Positions 48,982 through 59,265 of a stretch of 63,860 nucleotides of DNA are shown here, one piece after another (position 1 is the stretch's first letter; the number at the start of each line of letters is the position of its first letter). Source of the DNA: a virus (Duplodnaviria > Caudoviricetes). Under the pieces are notes generated by a model. It ran no database searches. It was not told the DNA's origin and worked only from the letters and a program-made list of their open reading frames with translations. The stretch lies in the IMG/VR virus record IMGVR_UViG_3300046366_000135, positions 1 to 63,860 of that record. One strand, given 5' to 3'. Position numbers and translations under genes: made by a program.

Positions 48982-49272
48982 TCATAACCTTTTAATAAAT
49001 TTACTAGGAATTAGCCTATCAACCAGTCTCATACCCCATTTAATATAGAGATCATTCACCAGCACAAGTTTAAACCCAGTAATTTGGGCTACTTTACGAG
49101 CTGACTTCTTAGACTGTAGTAAAGATAGAATCCAATATCTTTTAATATCCGCCTCTCTAACAGAATTGAAAAAGTCTACCCATTCTTGAGGTAACTCACT
49201 GACTGTCTCTATACTCGATTTTGTCAGTTTGTTGTACGTGTACAAATACTTCTTGATAGAATCTTCTCGCAT
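48982..49272 (-). CDS. small HTH-like protein
   Basis: KSARKVAQITGF segment. Confidence 0.5.
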   Translation of the reverse strand: MREDSIKKYLYTYNKLTKSSIETVSELPQEWVDFFNSVREADIKRYWILSLLQSKKSARKVAQITGFKLVLVNDLYIKWGMRLVDRLIPSKFIKRL

Positions 49273-49459
49273 TTTCGTTTGTTTCGATTAACCAATTCAT
49301 CCATTGTACATAAACATTTGTAGCGATACAAGTTGTACATTGGACAGCTTTATGAGTCTGCAAAAGTGCCTTACCTTCCTGAAGTCTGCCATTAGCATAA
49401 TGTCCCATTAACTCTTTTAAGGCAGACTCATTTAATATAATTAGAGATAAATCCATCAC
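49196..49459 (-). CDS. hypothetical protein
   Basis: CTTC motif; coupled ORF. Confidence 0.5.
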   Translation of the reverse strand: MMDLSLIILNESALKELMGHYANGRLQEGKALLQTHKAVQCTTCIATNVYVQWMNWLIETNENARRFYQEVFVHVQQTDKIEYRDSQ

Positions 49460-52203
49460 ACAAATTTTGATTTAATTACTGCTGGACAGCCGTCACTGAA
49501 TGTTACTTCTCTCCTCACTTCAAGTGGATAGTAGATAAGTTGATTTGTACGGTCAGAATCAATAAATACCAAAATACTTGAGCAAGAACTTCCAAAAGCA
49601 ATAACTTTTATGGCTTTGCTCAGAGTTCCTATAGGCGTAGCCCGTGTAGCTACGATGTAGCTGGTTCCCAAAGAAACTAGAGTACTTACTGGGATTACAA
49701 GAGAACTAGTCACAACCCCCCAAAAATCTACTGCTTGATTCAGTGAATTATAGAGAGTTACTGATCCAAGGTAATCTGTACAATCACTATTGTCAGTAAT
49801 TGTAAAATCAGAGCCAGAACATAAATAAGTAAAGTCTAAATACTCTCGTACATCACACCCACAAACCGGAGCTGAGTAAACAGTCCAAGAACCTCCAACA
49901 CGTCTCCAAGATACTACATCAGTGCTGATTTGAGAAGTAATTCCAGCTAATCTTTCTACAATAAGACAACTATCATTTAATGTAGCTTCAAAGTTAGGGT
50001 CATTGTTGCAATTATATACAACATCACAGGCATCTGTATTTAAAGGAACAGGCCGGAAAGTGACATCAGCTTTTGTGCCAGTGTAATCAGTAATCTCAGT
50101 TAACCTACCTACGTAATGTTTGTTACCAATTAATACATTCAACCAGCGACGAAAATTCAACTGATCAAATTCAATAGGATTGATAATCAATTGGAAATCA
50201 ATTTCTAAGTTGGCTATAAGCTCTAGTATGAATAATTCCCAGAATTGAGAAGTAACATCATTAGTTCGATCCCCATAAATTAAATGGATTTCTGGGACTT
50301 CAGCAGTCTCATCAGTTCCTATACTTTCATTACTTACTTGATAAGCATAAGGTATAAGAGTCTCAGTGATACCTTTAAATTTCCAGTTAGCTACTACATC
50401 AACCCCACCACTAGTTTTTCCCCTGTATTGAGAAACATACCCTAAAGCATACAAAATTCTAGGAGTGAGTTTAGTGCTTTCTTTGTGATCAGAATTATCC
50501 CAACAAGCCGGGATATTTACAGCACATTCAATGTTTGGTGTGTATACTGCCTGAAGGTCTTTTGACAAATAATTGTCAGACGCTTCAAAGAAAGGATTGT
50601 AATTGTTACTTGTGGCCTCTTCGTACTTATCCCCAAAGTCCAGCTTTTTAGCAAAGATTGGATTATCTCCATCGTAATTTTGACTTTTAACCCAGTCATC
50701 GTCAGGAGCTTTAAACCCGATTTGTAGATAGCGGTTCTCAACAAGTCTACGATAAGTTTCTTTTGTTGAGGTACAATCATACTCAGCGTTAGCTGTCTGC
50801 CCATTAAAAAATGGTTCAGGCTGTTCCCCTGATTGTAATGTAAGCTTATCTGGGTGCAATAACCATACAGTTCTAGTAGATTCATCAGAAATCAACCTAC
50901 CTTGAATAAGATGTATAACCCCAGATAGTAATTTATCAAATTGATATTCACAATTAACCCAGGCTTTTAGGATTAATTGCATATCTGGTTGAAATTTTAC
51001 AGTTTTAGGCTTCACTTTAATACCCCCATTACTAATGGTGTGTTCTCCATCACCCGTATAGTTATCAAAGAATAGATTAAAACTAATTGCGTAGTTAGGC
51101 TGAGTTATGTTTAATACCCTAGTTTTCCATCTTATAGTTTTCTTTTCACCGACTGCTATAAAATTGGGGGAAATATCGACAACCCCTCCCGGCAGAAATC
51201 CAGTAGAGTCTGTGGCAGAACAGAATATCCTGAATAATACAGTATCTCCACTACCTGAAGTGTCTATGTCAAACTCAACCTCAAACTCATATTCCCCGGA
51301 CATTCCTTTAAAATAATAAAATACATAGGAACCATTGGGAAAGGGAACTCCTAATGTGTTTATGTAATAAAATCCATTGTCAAAGCCTCTAAATGAATTG
51401 TCAATGAATTGCAACTCATGTTTGAATGTATCTACAACCCAAGGGGGGTTAGGGTAAGCAGTAGGGTCAGCGAATGCGCTATCTCTATAAGTTTCAGTTT
51501 GATAAACATTTACTTTAAATCCATCAAGGCTATTATCCCCAGCTAAATCTACCAGAATATAGGTGATCAATCTACGTCCCCAATCAGTTTCTAAAATTGG
51601 CGAACGAAATTTATAACCAATAGAGCAAAATCCTTTCTGTAGGATGTAAAGAATATGAAACCAAGGCCGAAAATCGGCTTCATGTGCCCCTCCCGGAGTA
51701 GTTAATACATCCCCGTCCCATACAGCAGAAGTACCAGACCAATTTCCATAGTTTATAAGAGGAAAATAGAGTCCAGAATCTCCATCATTATATTTGGGTT
51801 TAACCCAGTTATTCCTTAAATTTGTCTCAGTGAGGTGGAAATTACCCAAGGCAATTTGACACAACTTGACTTTACGAATTTGGATAGCCCAAAAGCTTGC
51901 ATCCATCACAAGCTCTACTTCCATACCTCTTTTAGTTCTATTGTAAACTCTTAAATAAGTTTGAGGTAAAGGAACTCCATCCTGCCAAGCTTGCACAAAA
52001 GCAAAGTTATCTTTTAATGCCCATTCGTTTTTCTCTGTGTTTATCAAGAAAAATCCCAACACACCTTCAGCAGATACTCGATCTAGCTCAGCCTGATCAG
52101 CTTTCTTGCTCCTTTTGAAATCAGGGCAAAAATCCAGAATTAGCCTACCATCAGTGAGATAGTGATCTGGGGTATTTACCGGAACGTATTGAAGTATAAT
52201 CAT
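49456..52203 (-). CDS. tail tip / baseplate hub protein
   Basis: Second gene after tape measure; YFPLINYG motif; 915 aa. Confidence 0.7.
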   Translation of the reverse strand: MIILQYVPVNTPDHYLTDGRLILDFCPDFKRSKKADQAELDRVSAEGVLGFFLINTEKNEWALKDNFAFVQAWQDGVPLPQTYLRVYNRTKRGMEVELVMDASFWAIQIRKVKLCQIALGNFHLTETNLRNNWVKPKYNDGDSGLYFPLINYGNWSGTSAVWDGDVLTTPGGAHEADFRPWFHILYILQKGFCSIGYKFRSPILETDWGRRLITYILVDLAGDNSLDGFKVNVYQTETYRDSAFADPTAYPNPPWVVDTFKHELQFIDNSFRGFDNGFYYINTLGVPFPNGSYVFYYFKGMSGEYEFEVEFDIDTSGSGDTVLFRIFCSATDSTGFLPGGVVDISPNFIAVGEKKTIRWKTRVLNITQPNYAISFNLFFDNYTGDGEHTISNGGIKVKPKTVKFQPDMQLILKAWVNCEYQFDKLLSGVIHLIQGRLISDESTRTVWLLHPDKLTLQSGEQPEPFFNGQTANAEYDCTSTKETYRRLVENRYLQIGFKAPDDDWVKSQNYDGDNPIFAKKLDFGDKYEEATSNNYNPFFEASDNYLSKDLQAVYTPNIECAVNIPACWDNSDHKESTKLTPRILYALGYVSQYRGKTSGGVDVVANWKFKGITETLIPYAYQVSNESIGTDETAEVPEIHLIYGDRTNDVTSQFWELFILELIANLEIDFQLIINPIEFDQLNFRRWLNVLIGNKHYVGRLTEITDYTGTKADVTFRPVPLNTDACDVVYNCNNDPNFEATLNDSCLIVERLAGITSQISTDVVSWRRVGGSWTVYSAPVCGCDVREYLDFTYLCSGSDFTITDNSDCTDYLGSVTLYNSLNQAVDFWGVVTSSLVIPVSTLVSLGTSYIVATRATPIGTLSKAIKVIAFGSSCSSILVFIDSDRTNQLIYYPLEVRREVTFSDGCPAVIKSKFV

Positions 52204-53588
52204 TTGTCGAAACGTAGATTAATTCTATAAAGTCTATCTTTTACATAGAAGTTTGTTGAGCCAGGTCGTAGGAATACCTCTTTGAATTGGCCGTACTCAT
52301 AAATATAGTGTTTTGGTGAGTTCAGAAAAACTCCCATACTACGTTTAAATTCTTCTAGGTTATTTCCAGTAGTTGATACAATGAAATTTTCTTTAAGCTC
52401 AAGCCTAGCTTTACGATTTTTACAAGTATCGCATTCAACAGCTACTTCAAGAGTTTCATGTTCATCTACCCACTCAGCCTCATCCAAAGCCTCAAAAATC
52501 ATTTGACTCCATCCACCATCCATGTACCAAATAGGAAAGCATTTACAACCAACACAATTCTTAATAACTGGGAAAGTTTCACTCAATACCTCATCGTTTC
52601 CGTCAATATTTCCAATTACTTGTACTTCCATTCTCACAGCGTCAGATGGCCAGAGTATAGTTTTACCAATAGGTATTTGATAAACACCTGTATTGGATAA
52701 GGTAAAAGGTCTTACTTGTGCTGTAAATCCTCCCCCGGCATCGTAAAAAGTGTATTGAACAAACAAGTCAGTTACTTCAGTAGCCCCAAAATCCAATATG
52801 ATCCATAAAGACTCATAAGTGTCATCACAAATCTTAATAGGTCTTTCCCTTCTAGTTAAAAACTCCACATTCTCAGTCCCCCAATCAACAAAAGAGCCTT
52901 GTACGATACTGAAGATGTCGGTATTTTCAAATCTGTTAAAAGCAGTACCACAAGGAATAGCTTTTTGACTGTCACCATACCGCATAAACGATGGTAGAAA
53001 AGAAGCCTGATCAAACACAGCAGTATTCCCGGTTACTGGGAGCGATGGCACTAGGTCAAGCTTTAGCTCAAAGCATTGATTCTGAGCTATACCCCCATTG
53101 TACAACATTGGAATATTGTACAACGATCCATAAGGGAGGTTGCTCGTAAAAAACTGATAGTGAAATCTATACCCATCAGGAGCATCAGAATCACTACCTG
53201 CATTTGAGCTTACAGTAGGAGGAAATGACAAATCAGATACATCGAATAGCCAATTAGAGTCAAAACCTACATTGTAAGCTTCCAGAAGTACTTGGGTTGT
53301 TGCTATAACTCTAGCATTTGCTCTAGTAAAGAATTCAGGGTTACTATTTAATGCTTCTGCTAAGCTTTGTGCATTAGTAGCTGCTAAATTTGAAGTTAAA
53401 TCACAGTCAGCCCCAACTTCCAGTTTAACACCAGCAATAGTCAACATCTCCCCAAAGACATTAGGCTCTAAGTTCTCGAATATAATTAACGCTGAAGGTC
53501 TTACAGCACTAAAATCATAAGCAAAACAAACTTTAGGGCATGTCTTAGACCCTACATATAGATCAGGTTGGCTGATTAATTCGATCAT
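52200..53588 (-). CDS. distal tail-like protein
   Basis: Directly follows the tape measure gene once the IS is removed; GGWSQMIF and FLNSP motifs. Confidence 0.6.
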   Translation of the reverse strand: MIELISQPDLYVGSKTCPKVCFAYDFSAVRPSALIIFENLEPNVFGEMLTIAGVKLEVGADCDLTSNLAATNAQSLAEALNSNPEFFTRANARVIATTQVLLEAYNVGFDSNWLFDVSDLSFPPTVSSNAGSDSDAPDGYRFHYQFFTSNLPYGSLYNIPMLYNGGIAQNQCFELKLDLVPSLPVTGNTAVFDQASFLPSFMRYGDSQKAIPCGTAFNRFENTDIFSIVQGSFVDWGTENVEFLTRRERPIKICDDTYESLWIILDFGATEVTDLFVQYTFYDAGGGFTAQVRPFTLSNTGVYQIPIGKTILWPSDAVRMEVQVIGNIDGNDEVLSETFPVIKNCVGCKCFPIWYMDGGWSQMIFEALDEAEWVDEHETLEVAVECDTCKNRKARLELKENFIVSTTGNNLEEFKRSMGVFLNSPKHYIYEYGQFKEVFLRPGSTNFYVKDRLYRINLRFDK

Positions 53589-54786
53589 ATTAGAGTTACT
53601 TTTGGTAAAATTAACAAATTTATTAAAAACGAAACAAAAAGTTTTGCTATTTTAAATTTATTTGTTAATTTTACAAGATGAAATTGATTTTGAAAATAAA
53701 ACTTAATCCAACCACTGATCAAAGTAAGTTGCTCTATAGCACAATTATAGAGACGAACTTGGCATGCAATGCTATTTCTCAAGACGGATGGGATAATGAA
53801 ATATTCAAACAATTCAAGTTGCATCATCTTTGTTATTATAAGATCAAAAAATCTTTTAATCTCACAAGCCAGATAGTTGTGAGGGCAATTAGTAAAGTTT
53901 CTGACGCTTATAAAGTAAATAAAACTAAACTTGCAAAATTTAAGGAGTTGGGAAGCATTTGCTATGATAGTAGAGTGCTTAAATACAAAAGTGATGCTAT
54001 TGTAGATATTTGGACTGTAGGTGGCAGACAAAAAATAAGGTTTAGTTACCATAATAAAGGGTACTTCCCTTACATAAAGGGGGAGGCTGATTTGGTCTAT
54101 AAAAAAGGAAAGTTTTATCTTTTTCAAACTATTGAGTTTCCCGAACCACCCATTGAATCTGTACAAGAATTTATAGGGGTTGATCTTGGACTTACAGACA
54201 TTGCAGTAACTTCTGATGGAATTAAACATTCCGCAGATCGGATCAACAACTACAGAGAAAAAAGGCAAAATATTCGTAGTTCTATTCAACGCAAAGGCAC
54301 AAAAGGAGCTAAAAAACTCTTGAAACGGCTTTCTGGCAGAGAAAGCACTACTGCAACAATAATTAACCATACTATTTCTAAATCCATTGTGGAATCTGCT
54401 AAAAATCAAAACAAGGGAATCTCTATTGAGGACTTGACCAACATTAGAACTACTTCCAAGCGTAGGAATAGAAAATTTAGAACTAAGCTTGGGCGTTGGT
54501 CTTTCTATCAGTTGCGTTCCTTCTTGGAGTACAAATCCAGACTTAGTGGAGTTAGGTTTGTGGTTGTAAATCCTGCTTATACTTCTCAAACTTGTTCTTC
54601 TTGCTATTATATTGGGACAAGAACTAATAAATCTTTTAAGTGCAAAAATTGTGGAAACAATATGGATGCGGATGCTAACGCATCGCTCAATATTGCTACA
54701 CTTGGGGCTGTTATAAACCAGCCTGAAAAATCGGAAATTTATAGCTGTGCTGTTCATTTCTAGGTTAAAGTCTTTAGACAGTTTAT
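53589..54786 (+). mobile_element. IS200/IS605-family tnpB-only element (IS1341-like)
   Basis: tnpB opposite to the operon; left-end 15-bp IR at 53605-53619 / 53660-53674; right end GTC-TTTA-GAC-AGTTTAT; excision restores an ATGA overlap. Confidence 0.85.
53678..54763 (+). CDS. tnpB: TnpB RNA-guided endonuclease
   Basis: RuvC I GVDLG, II IEDL, III DADANAS; PAYTSQTCSSC..CKNC zinc finger. Confidence 0.96.
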   Translation: MKLILKIKLNPTTDQSKLLYSTIIETNLACNAISQDGWDNEIFKQFKLHHLCYYKIKKSFNLTSQIVVRAISKVSDAYKVNKTKLAKFKELGSICYDSRVLKYKSDAIVDIWTVGGRQKIRFSYHNKGYFPYIKGEADLVYKKGKFYLFQTIEFPEPPIESVQEFIGVDLGLTDIAVTSDGIKHSADRINNYREKRQNIRSSIQRKGTKGAKKLLKRLSGRESTTATIINHTISKSIVESAKNQNKGISIEDLTNIRTTSKRRNRKFRTKLGRWSFYQLRSFLEYKSRLSGVRFVVVNPAYTSQTCSSCYYIGTRTNKSFKCKNCGNNMDADANASLNIATLGAVINQPEKSEIYSCAVHF

Positions 54787-57700
54787 CCGGTTATAGTTTG
54801 TAAGTTTTTACGTCTCGCAGCCTCTAAAGCAGCCTCTCTATATCCTTCAACGATGGCATCAGATACAGAAGAACTTACTTCATCAGCTACAATCGTAGCA
54901 AATCTATCAATTTGGCTGTCCTCTAAGGTCAGTTTATATACTGTAGTTCTAGCAGAACCAATACTATCATTCTGAGATGCTGGAAGAACAAAACCTCCTA
55001 CAGCATAGGCAGCGTAATTAGGTGATCCTTTTTTAGTTCTCAAAGACTCTGCCTGAGCAGCCAAAGAAGCCCCAGCAGGAGTATCCAAAACATGTTTAGG
55101 GATTACATACTCATCTTCATGCACAACTCCGGCTACTCTAAAACCAGTATGATCACGTTGACCTGTAGCAGTAGTATAACCACCGACAGCATATGATCTA
55201 GCCCGGATAGCTGAGGTTTGCAAAGCATACTGACCTGTTAAGAAAGCAAGTTGGATGCCTTTGTAGATGGCATCGAATGGTTGCTTAATCACAGAAGCAG
55301 CAGTCAGGATGTTAATGATACCTTGAGCGTAGCTAATGGCAGCCTGGGCTAATTCAATTTTCTTGTTCTTCTCAAATTGCTCTCTTTTCAGAGCATCAAT
55401 CTTACTAGCTTTCTCTTTTTCCAACCGCTCTACAACTTCTTTGTTGCCTCTAGCGGCTTCAATCTCTTTGTCGTAGTATTTCTCAAGGCTCTTAATCCTT
55501 TCATCGAACTGAACGTTGATTAACTCATTGAGAGAATCACCTAGCCCACTAATTTGAGATAGGGTCAGATCGACAAACGTCAGAATATTCTGAGTCTTAG
55601 CATCCAAAGCAAAAACGTCATTATCAGCCTCAAGTTGGCCTAACTGTTGTAGTTTATCATAGTATTGCCTCTGTAAAATTAACCGTTGTTCTAAGGACAG
55701 CTTGGTATTAGATAGTTGAGTTTCAAGGATTTTTATCTCACCCTCAAGCTCTAACCTTTCTACATTTTTTTGATACTCTTCGTAAGATTTACTTTTAGTC
55801 TGAAGTACCTTTCTATCAGTATCAATTTGAATTTTAGCAATTGCCTCAGCTTCGGTAATTGCTGAGCTAATTCCCCCCAACTTAGCCCTTTCTGACTGAA
55901 GTTGTTTGTCAATATCCAAAAACTCCTTACTACCCTCTTTATAGAGTTGCTTTCTAGCTTCAAGGGTTTGGATTTCAGCAGTAATAGCAATAGCTTTCTT
56001 AGTCTCAGCTAAGACGCGCTCATTAGTTATGGTATCCTCAGCATTTTGATCAGCTAAATCTTTAGCAGTTTTGATACTGTCAATCAAAGGCTGTACGTCA
56101 GTTTCTAATAACGCAGTAAACGAACTATTAGAAGCAGCTCTTTGGAGACGCTTGATAGCATCCTCAGCTAACTTCAAATCCTTCTCGGCCTTATCTAAAT
56201 TACCAACAATTTTATTGATTGCTTCAGGCTTCGCTGACTCAAGTTCTTTTTTAAGACTGGATACTTTTTGTTGATAAAACTCAACACTACCAGCAGCCCC
56301 TCGTACAGCCAAGTCCAAAGAATCTAATGTATCTTGCCATTCTTTTTCAGCAGCATTTATTTTGAAAGTAATATCATAGTACTCAGCAAGAAGGTCTGCA
56401 TAAGGTTTACCTTTTACAATTGATTCTTGGATAGCATTTTTTAGTTCAGTCTGTCTTTTAGTTAGTTTCTCTAACTCACTAGCAGCATCCTTATCTCCTT
56501 TAGTTCCATACTGGAACGAAGCTCTCCTACGAAGGTTATCCAAGTCAAATTTGTCAAAAGACAAGACATCTTTGGGAGCTAGTTTTTTCTCCAAAGATTT
56601 TCTAGCCTCTTCAGCAGATTTTTCCAGAGCTTTATTGTCAAGCTTTAGGTTTTTGTTTATAGTTTTACCGACTCCGGCACTAAAAATACCTAGACCATCA
56701 AGCTGTTTTTTGTTTTTTTCAAGATACTGATCATTCTGAATATTACGTTTGGCAATTTCAGTAGCATTATCCTTTGTGATGTTTTGCTGAGTCTTTTTGT
56801 TAAATTGTTCCATTAATTTCTCCCCAAGTACAAAGTTAGCAACATAAGCTACTGGGTTAAATATAGCTAGTAATTTTTTACCTAGATCAGCAGCAAACTC
56901 AAAGACCTTACGAAGTAATTTTGCAAATTCAGAAGTTGAAGTATAGGCATAGTAAATTGCAGATACTAAAGCCCCAACTGCTACAATAGCTATTCCAATA
57001 GGGTTAGCAGTAATGGCTGCATTCCAAGCCCATTGAACAGCAGTTATAAGTCTAGTAATTCCAGTCAATTTAGAAATATTAGCAATCCATTTACCAATAG
57101 CTACACCTGCATTATAAGCGGTTGCTTTAGAATTAAAAACGATAGCCACAGTAAAAGCAGCAATAATCGGGATTAATGCACCCACGATGGCTTTTACTTC
57201 ATTAAACTTAGCAACAGCCTCTTCCTCGCCTTGAACTAAACGAGCAAAAAACTGAACAATGTCAGCTATTCCTTTAACAAAAGCAGCTATTGGCCCGCTC
57301 TGGGTACTAAATATTGCAATTCCCAGAGTTTCAGTAGCCCCCGTCAATTCGTCAAAGGCACCTTTAAGGTCTTTGCGCATTGCTTCAGCAGTAGCTTTGG
57401 AACTGCCCTCAGCATTATCTAACTCAGCGATTAAGTCAACGAGTTTATCTTCTTGTTTAGCCAGAGCGATAGCAACAACAGAAGCATCTTTTCCAAACAA
57501 GGCGTTAGCAACTGCTAGTTTATTCTCAGCATTATTGATAAGATCAAAGGCTTCTTGCAAACTTCTGCCAGAGTTAGCAGTTTCAATAAAGATGTTGCGT
57601 AATGAAGTTCCAGCAGTAGACGCATCAATACTTTCATCTTTAAGAATAGACAACAAACCCGCAGTTGTTTTTAAATCAACACCCACAGCACTGGCTGCTG

Positions 57701-58790
57701 GCCCAACTATACCAATAGCTGTGCCAAAACTTTGTACATCCAGAGCCCCTGAATTAAATGCTTTAGCTAAAATATCTCCGGCTAAAGCAGCATCTTCAGC
57801 TTTCAATTGGAAGATATTCAAAACACCCCCAATAGTTTCTGCTACTTTAGCTAAATCCTCCCCAGAAGTTGTGGCAATATCTGTACTTACGGCTAAAAGA
57901 CTAGTAATCTCTGTTGCAGTTAAGCCTAATTTACCATAAGCAATGGCTAATGCACCAATTTCTTGTGAAGTAAACTCAGAACTAGCCCCAACTTTAAGAA
58001 TTTCATCCTTCAGAATAGTAAATTCCTCTGGGGTAGCTTGAGTGACGGCCCTAATTGTAGACAACTGACGACTAAAATTGATCGTATTATTCAAAGCAGT
58101 CTTGATTGCTGTATCTAGTAGGCCCACAGCAGCGGTAATACCACCAGTGGCAATACCAAAAGTTAGAATATCGGCCACAGAACCAATAGCCGATCTGTAA
58201 TTACCCACATTTCGTTGGTAAAGCCCTAACTTTTTGTCTAAATCTTGTAGTCTTGTAGCTAAAACATTAGCCTGAGAGGCAATTTGAGTACCTACAGGGC
58301 TATTCCTTACATCCTCACTAAGATTTTTGTACTCATTACGTAGTTTGACTAACTCAGCAGACATAGCCCGGTAAGAGCCAATAGGGAATTGTTGTTTTTG
58401 GAGAGTTCCTTTTAATTCCCCATCAATTTTTGTAAGTTCTTGACGAAGTTTTGATATATTTTTGAGTAAATTTGCACCTACATCAGAATCTCGATCTTCT
58501 TTAACTAGTGTTTGGTACTGTTCTATTAGGTTTTTTAATTCTTGTTTTATAGTATTATAACTTTTCTTTATTGTGTCAGTAGCATCAACATTTTCTCTTT
58601 TAAATTGGGAGGTTAGCCCAATAAGAAAATTAAGGGTTTGTTTTAACGGCTCTAGCCCTTCTTTAGAATCACCCAAAGCAGCTATAGCACTACGAGTATC
58701 TATCAGTGCTTCGTTTAAACTTTGAAGGGTATTTAGAACTACTTTACCATTTGGTAAAGTTATCTCTAAACTAATTACTTTTGCGGCCAT
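54783..58790 (-). CDS. tail tape measure protein
   Basis: 1335 aa helical; RNVGNY, TP901-like core (STAGTSLRN), ANPIG, C-terminal YAVGGYT..GVVHEDEYVIP. Confidence 0.93.
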   Translation of the reverse strand: MAAKVISLEITLPNGKVVLNTLQSLNEALIDTRSAIAALGDSKEGLEPLKQTLNFLIGLTSQFKRENVDATDTIKKSYNTIKQELKNLIEQYQTLVKEDRDSDVGANLLKNISKLRQELTKIDGELKGTLQKQQFPIGSYRAMSAELVKLRNEYKNLSEDVRNSPVGTQIASQANVLATRLQDLDKKLGLYQRNVGNYRSAIGSVADILTFGIATGGITAAVGLLDTAIKTALNNTINFSRQLSTIRAVTQATPEEFTILKDEILKVGASSEFTSQEIGALAIAYGKLGLTATEITSLLAVSTDIATTSGEDLAKVAETIGGVLNIFQLKAEDAALAGDILAKAFNSGALDVQSFGTAIGIVGPAASAVGVDLKTTAGLLSILKDESIDASTAGTSLRNIFIETANSGRSLQEAFDLINNAENKLAVANALFGKDASVVAIALAKQEDKLVDLIAELDNAEGSSKATAEAMRKDLKGAFDELTGATETLGIAIFSTQSGPIAAFVKGIADIVQFFARLVQGEEEAVAKFNEVKAIVGALIPIIAAFTVAIVFNSKATAYNAGVAIGKWIANISKLTGITRLITAVQWAWNAAITANPIGIAIVAVGALVSAIYYAYTSTSEFAKLLRKVFEFAADLGKKLLAIFNPVAYVANFVLGEKLMEQFNKKTQQNITKDNATEIAKRNIQNDQYLEKNKKQLDGLGIFSAGVGKTINKNLKLDNKALEKSAEEARKSLEKKLAPKDVLSFDKFDLDNLRRRASFQYGTKGDKDAASELEKLTKRQTELKNAIQESIVKGKPYADLLAEYYDITFKINAAEKEWQDTLDSLDLAVRGAAGSVEFYQQKVSSLKKELESAKPEAINKIVGNLDKAEKDLKLAEDAIKRLQRAASNSSFTALLETDVQPLIDSIKTAKDLADQNAEDTITNERVLAETKKAIAITAEIQTLEARKQLYKEGSKEFLDIDKQLQSERAKLGGISSAITEAEAIAKIQIDTDRKVLQTKSKSYEEYQKNVERLELEGEIKILETQLSNTKLSLEQRLILQRQYYDKLQQLGQLEADNDVFALDAKTQNILTFVDLTLSQISGLGDSLNELINVQFDERIKSLEKYYDKEIEAARGNKEVVERLEKEKASKIDALKREQFEKNKKIELAQAAISYAQGIINILTAASVIKQPFDAIYKGIQLAFLTGQYALQTSAIRARSYAVGGYTTATGQRDHTGFRVAGVVHEDEYVIPKHVLDTPAGASLAAQAESLRTKKGSPNYAAYAVGGFVLPASQNDSIGSARTTVYKLTLEDSQIDRFATIVADEVSSSVSDAIVEGYREAALEAARRKNLQTITG

Positions 58791-58897
58791 AATTCAAACA
58801 ATTCATAGCAAATGTAATGATAAAAGCAAGTAATTTAAACTTTTTGTTTTAATAATCAAGGAAATTCATCAATTTTGAACTTTTGTAGAAATAAAAT

Positions 58898-58928
58898 TTG
58901 CATCTTAAATTTTAAATCTATACCTTTG
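58898..58928 (+). promoter_or_regulatory. Bacteroidota promoter of the rightward early-type operon
   Basis: TTG-N20-TACCTTTG. Confidence 0.8.
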
Positions 58929-58944
58929 AGGAAAATTCAAAGCA

Positions 58945-59253
58945 ATGGAAAAGAAAGTTTATTTTGCAGATAGCCAGTACGAAGGTGAGGCTGCGATTTT
59001 AGCGGATAATTCAAGTTGGTTAGTAGGCTTGGAATTTTCAGTCTATAAAAATCAGAAACGGTTTACCAAATTATTGGATGAAATTATCAAAGGCTACGAG
59101 TCCAGTCCTTTAGCAATTAAATTAAAGGACTTGTCAAATGACGTATTGCTTTATGAGAATTATTATGAAGAAAGGGGAGAACATGGTTTTGTTGAGTTTG
59201 ATATTTATGAGTATAACCATGCTATTGTAAAAGTAGCAAGACGTAAAGACTAA
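58945..59253 (+). CDS. hypothetical protein
   Basis: First ORF after the promoter. Confidence 0.65.
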   Translation: MEKKVYFADSQYEGEAAILADNSSWLVGLEFSVYKNQKRFTKLLDEIIKGYESSPLAIKLKDLSNDVLLYENYYEERGEHGFVEFDIYEYNHAIVKVARRKD

Positions 59254-59265
59254 AAATCCACAGTA

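Noticed and set aside
53585-54757. 390-aa minus-strand ORF antisense to tnpB
   Set aside because: Implausible composition and fully overlaps a clear tnpB, although it would run in the operon direction.
57259-57939. 226-aa plus-strand ORF (and similar ones at 37568, 42666, 5524)
   Set aside because: Antisense shadows of real genes.
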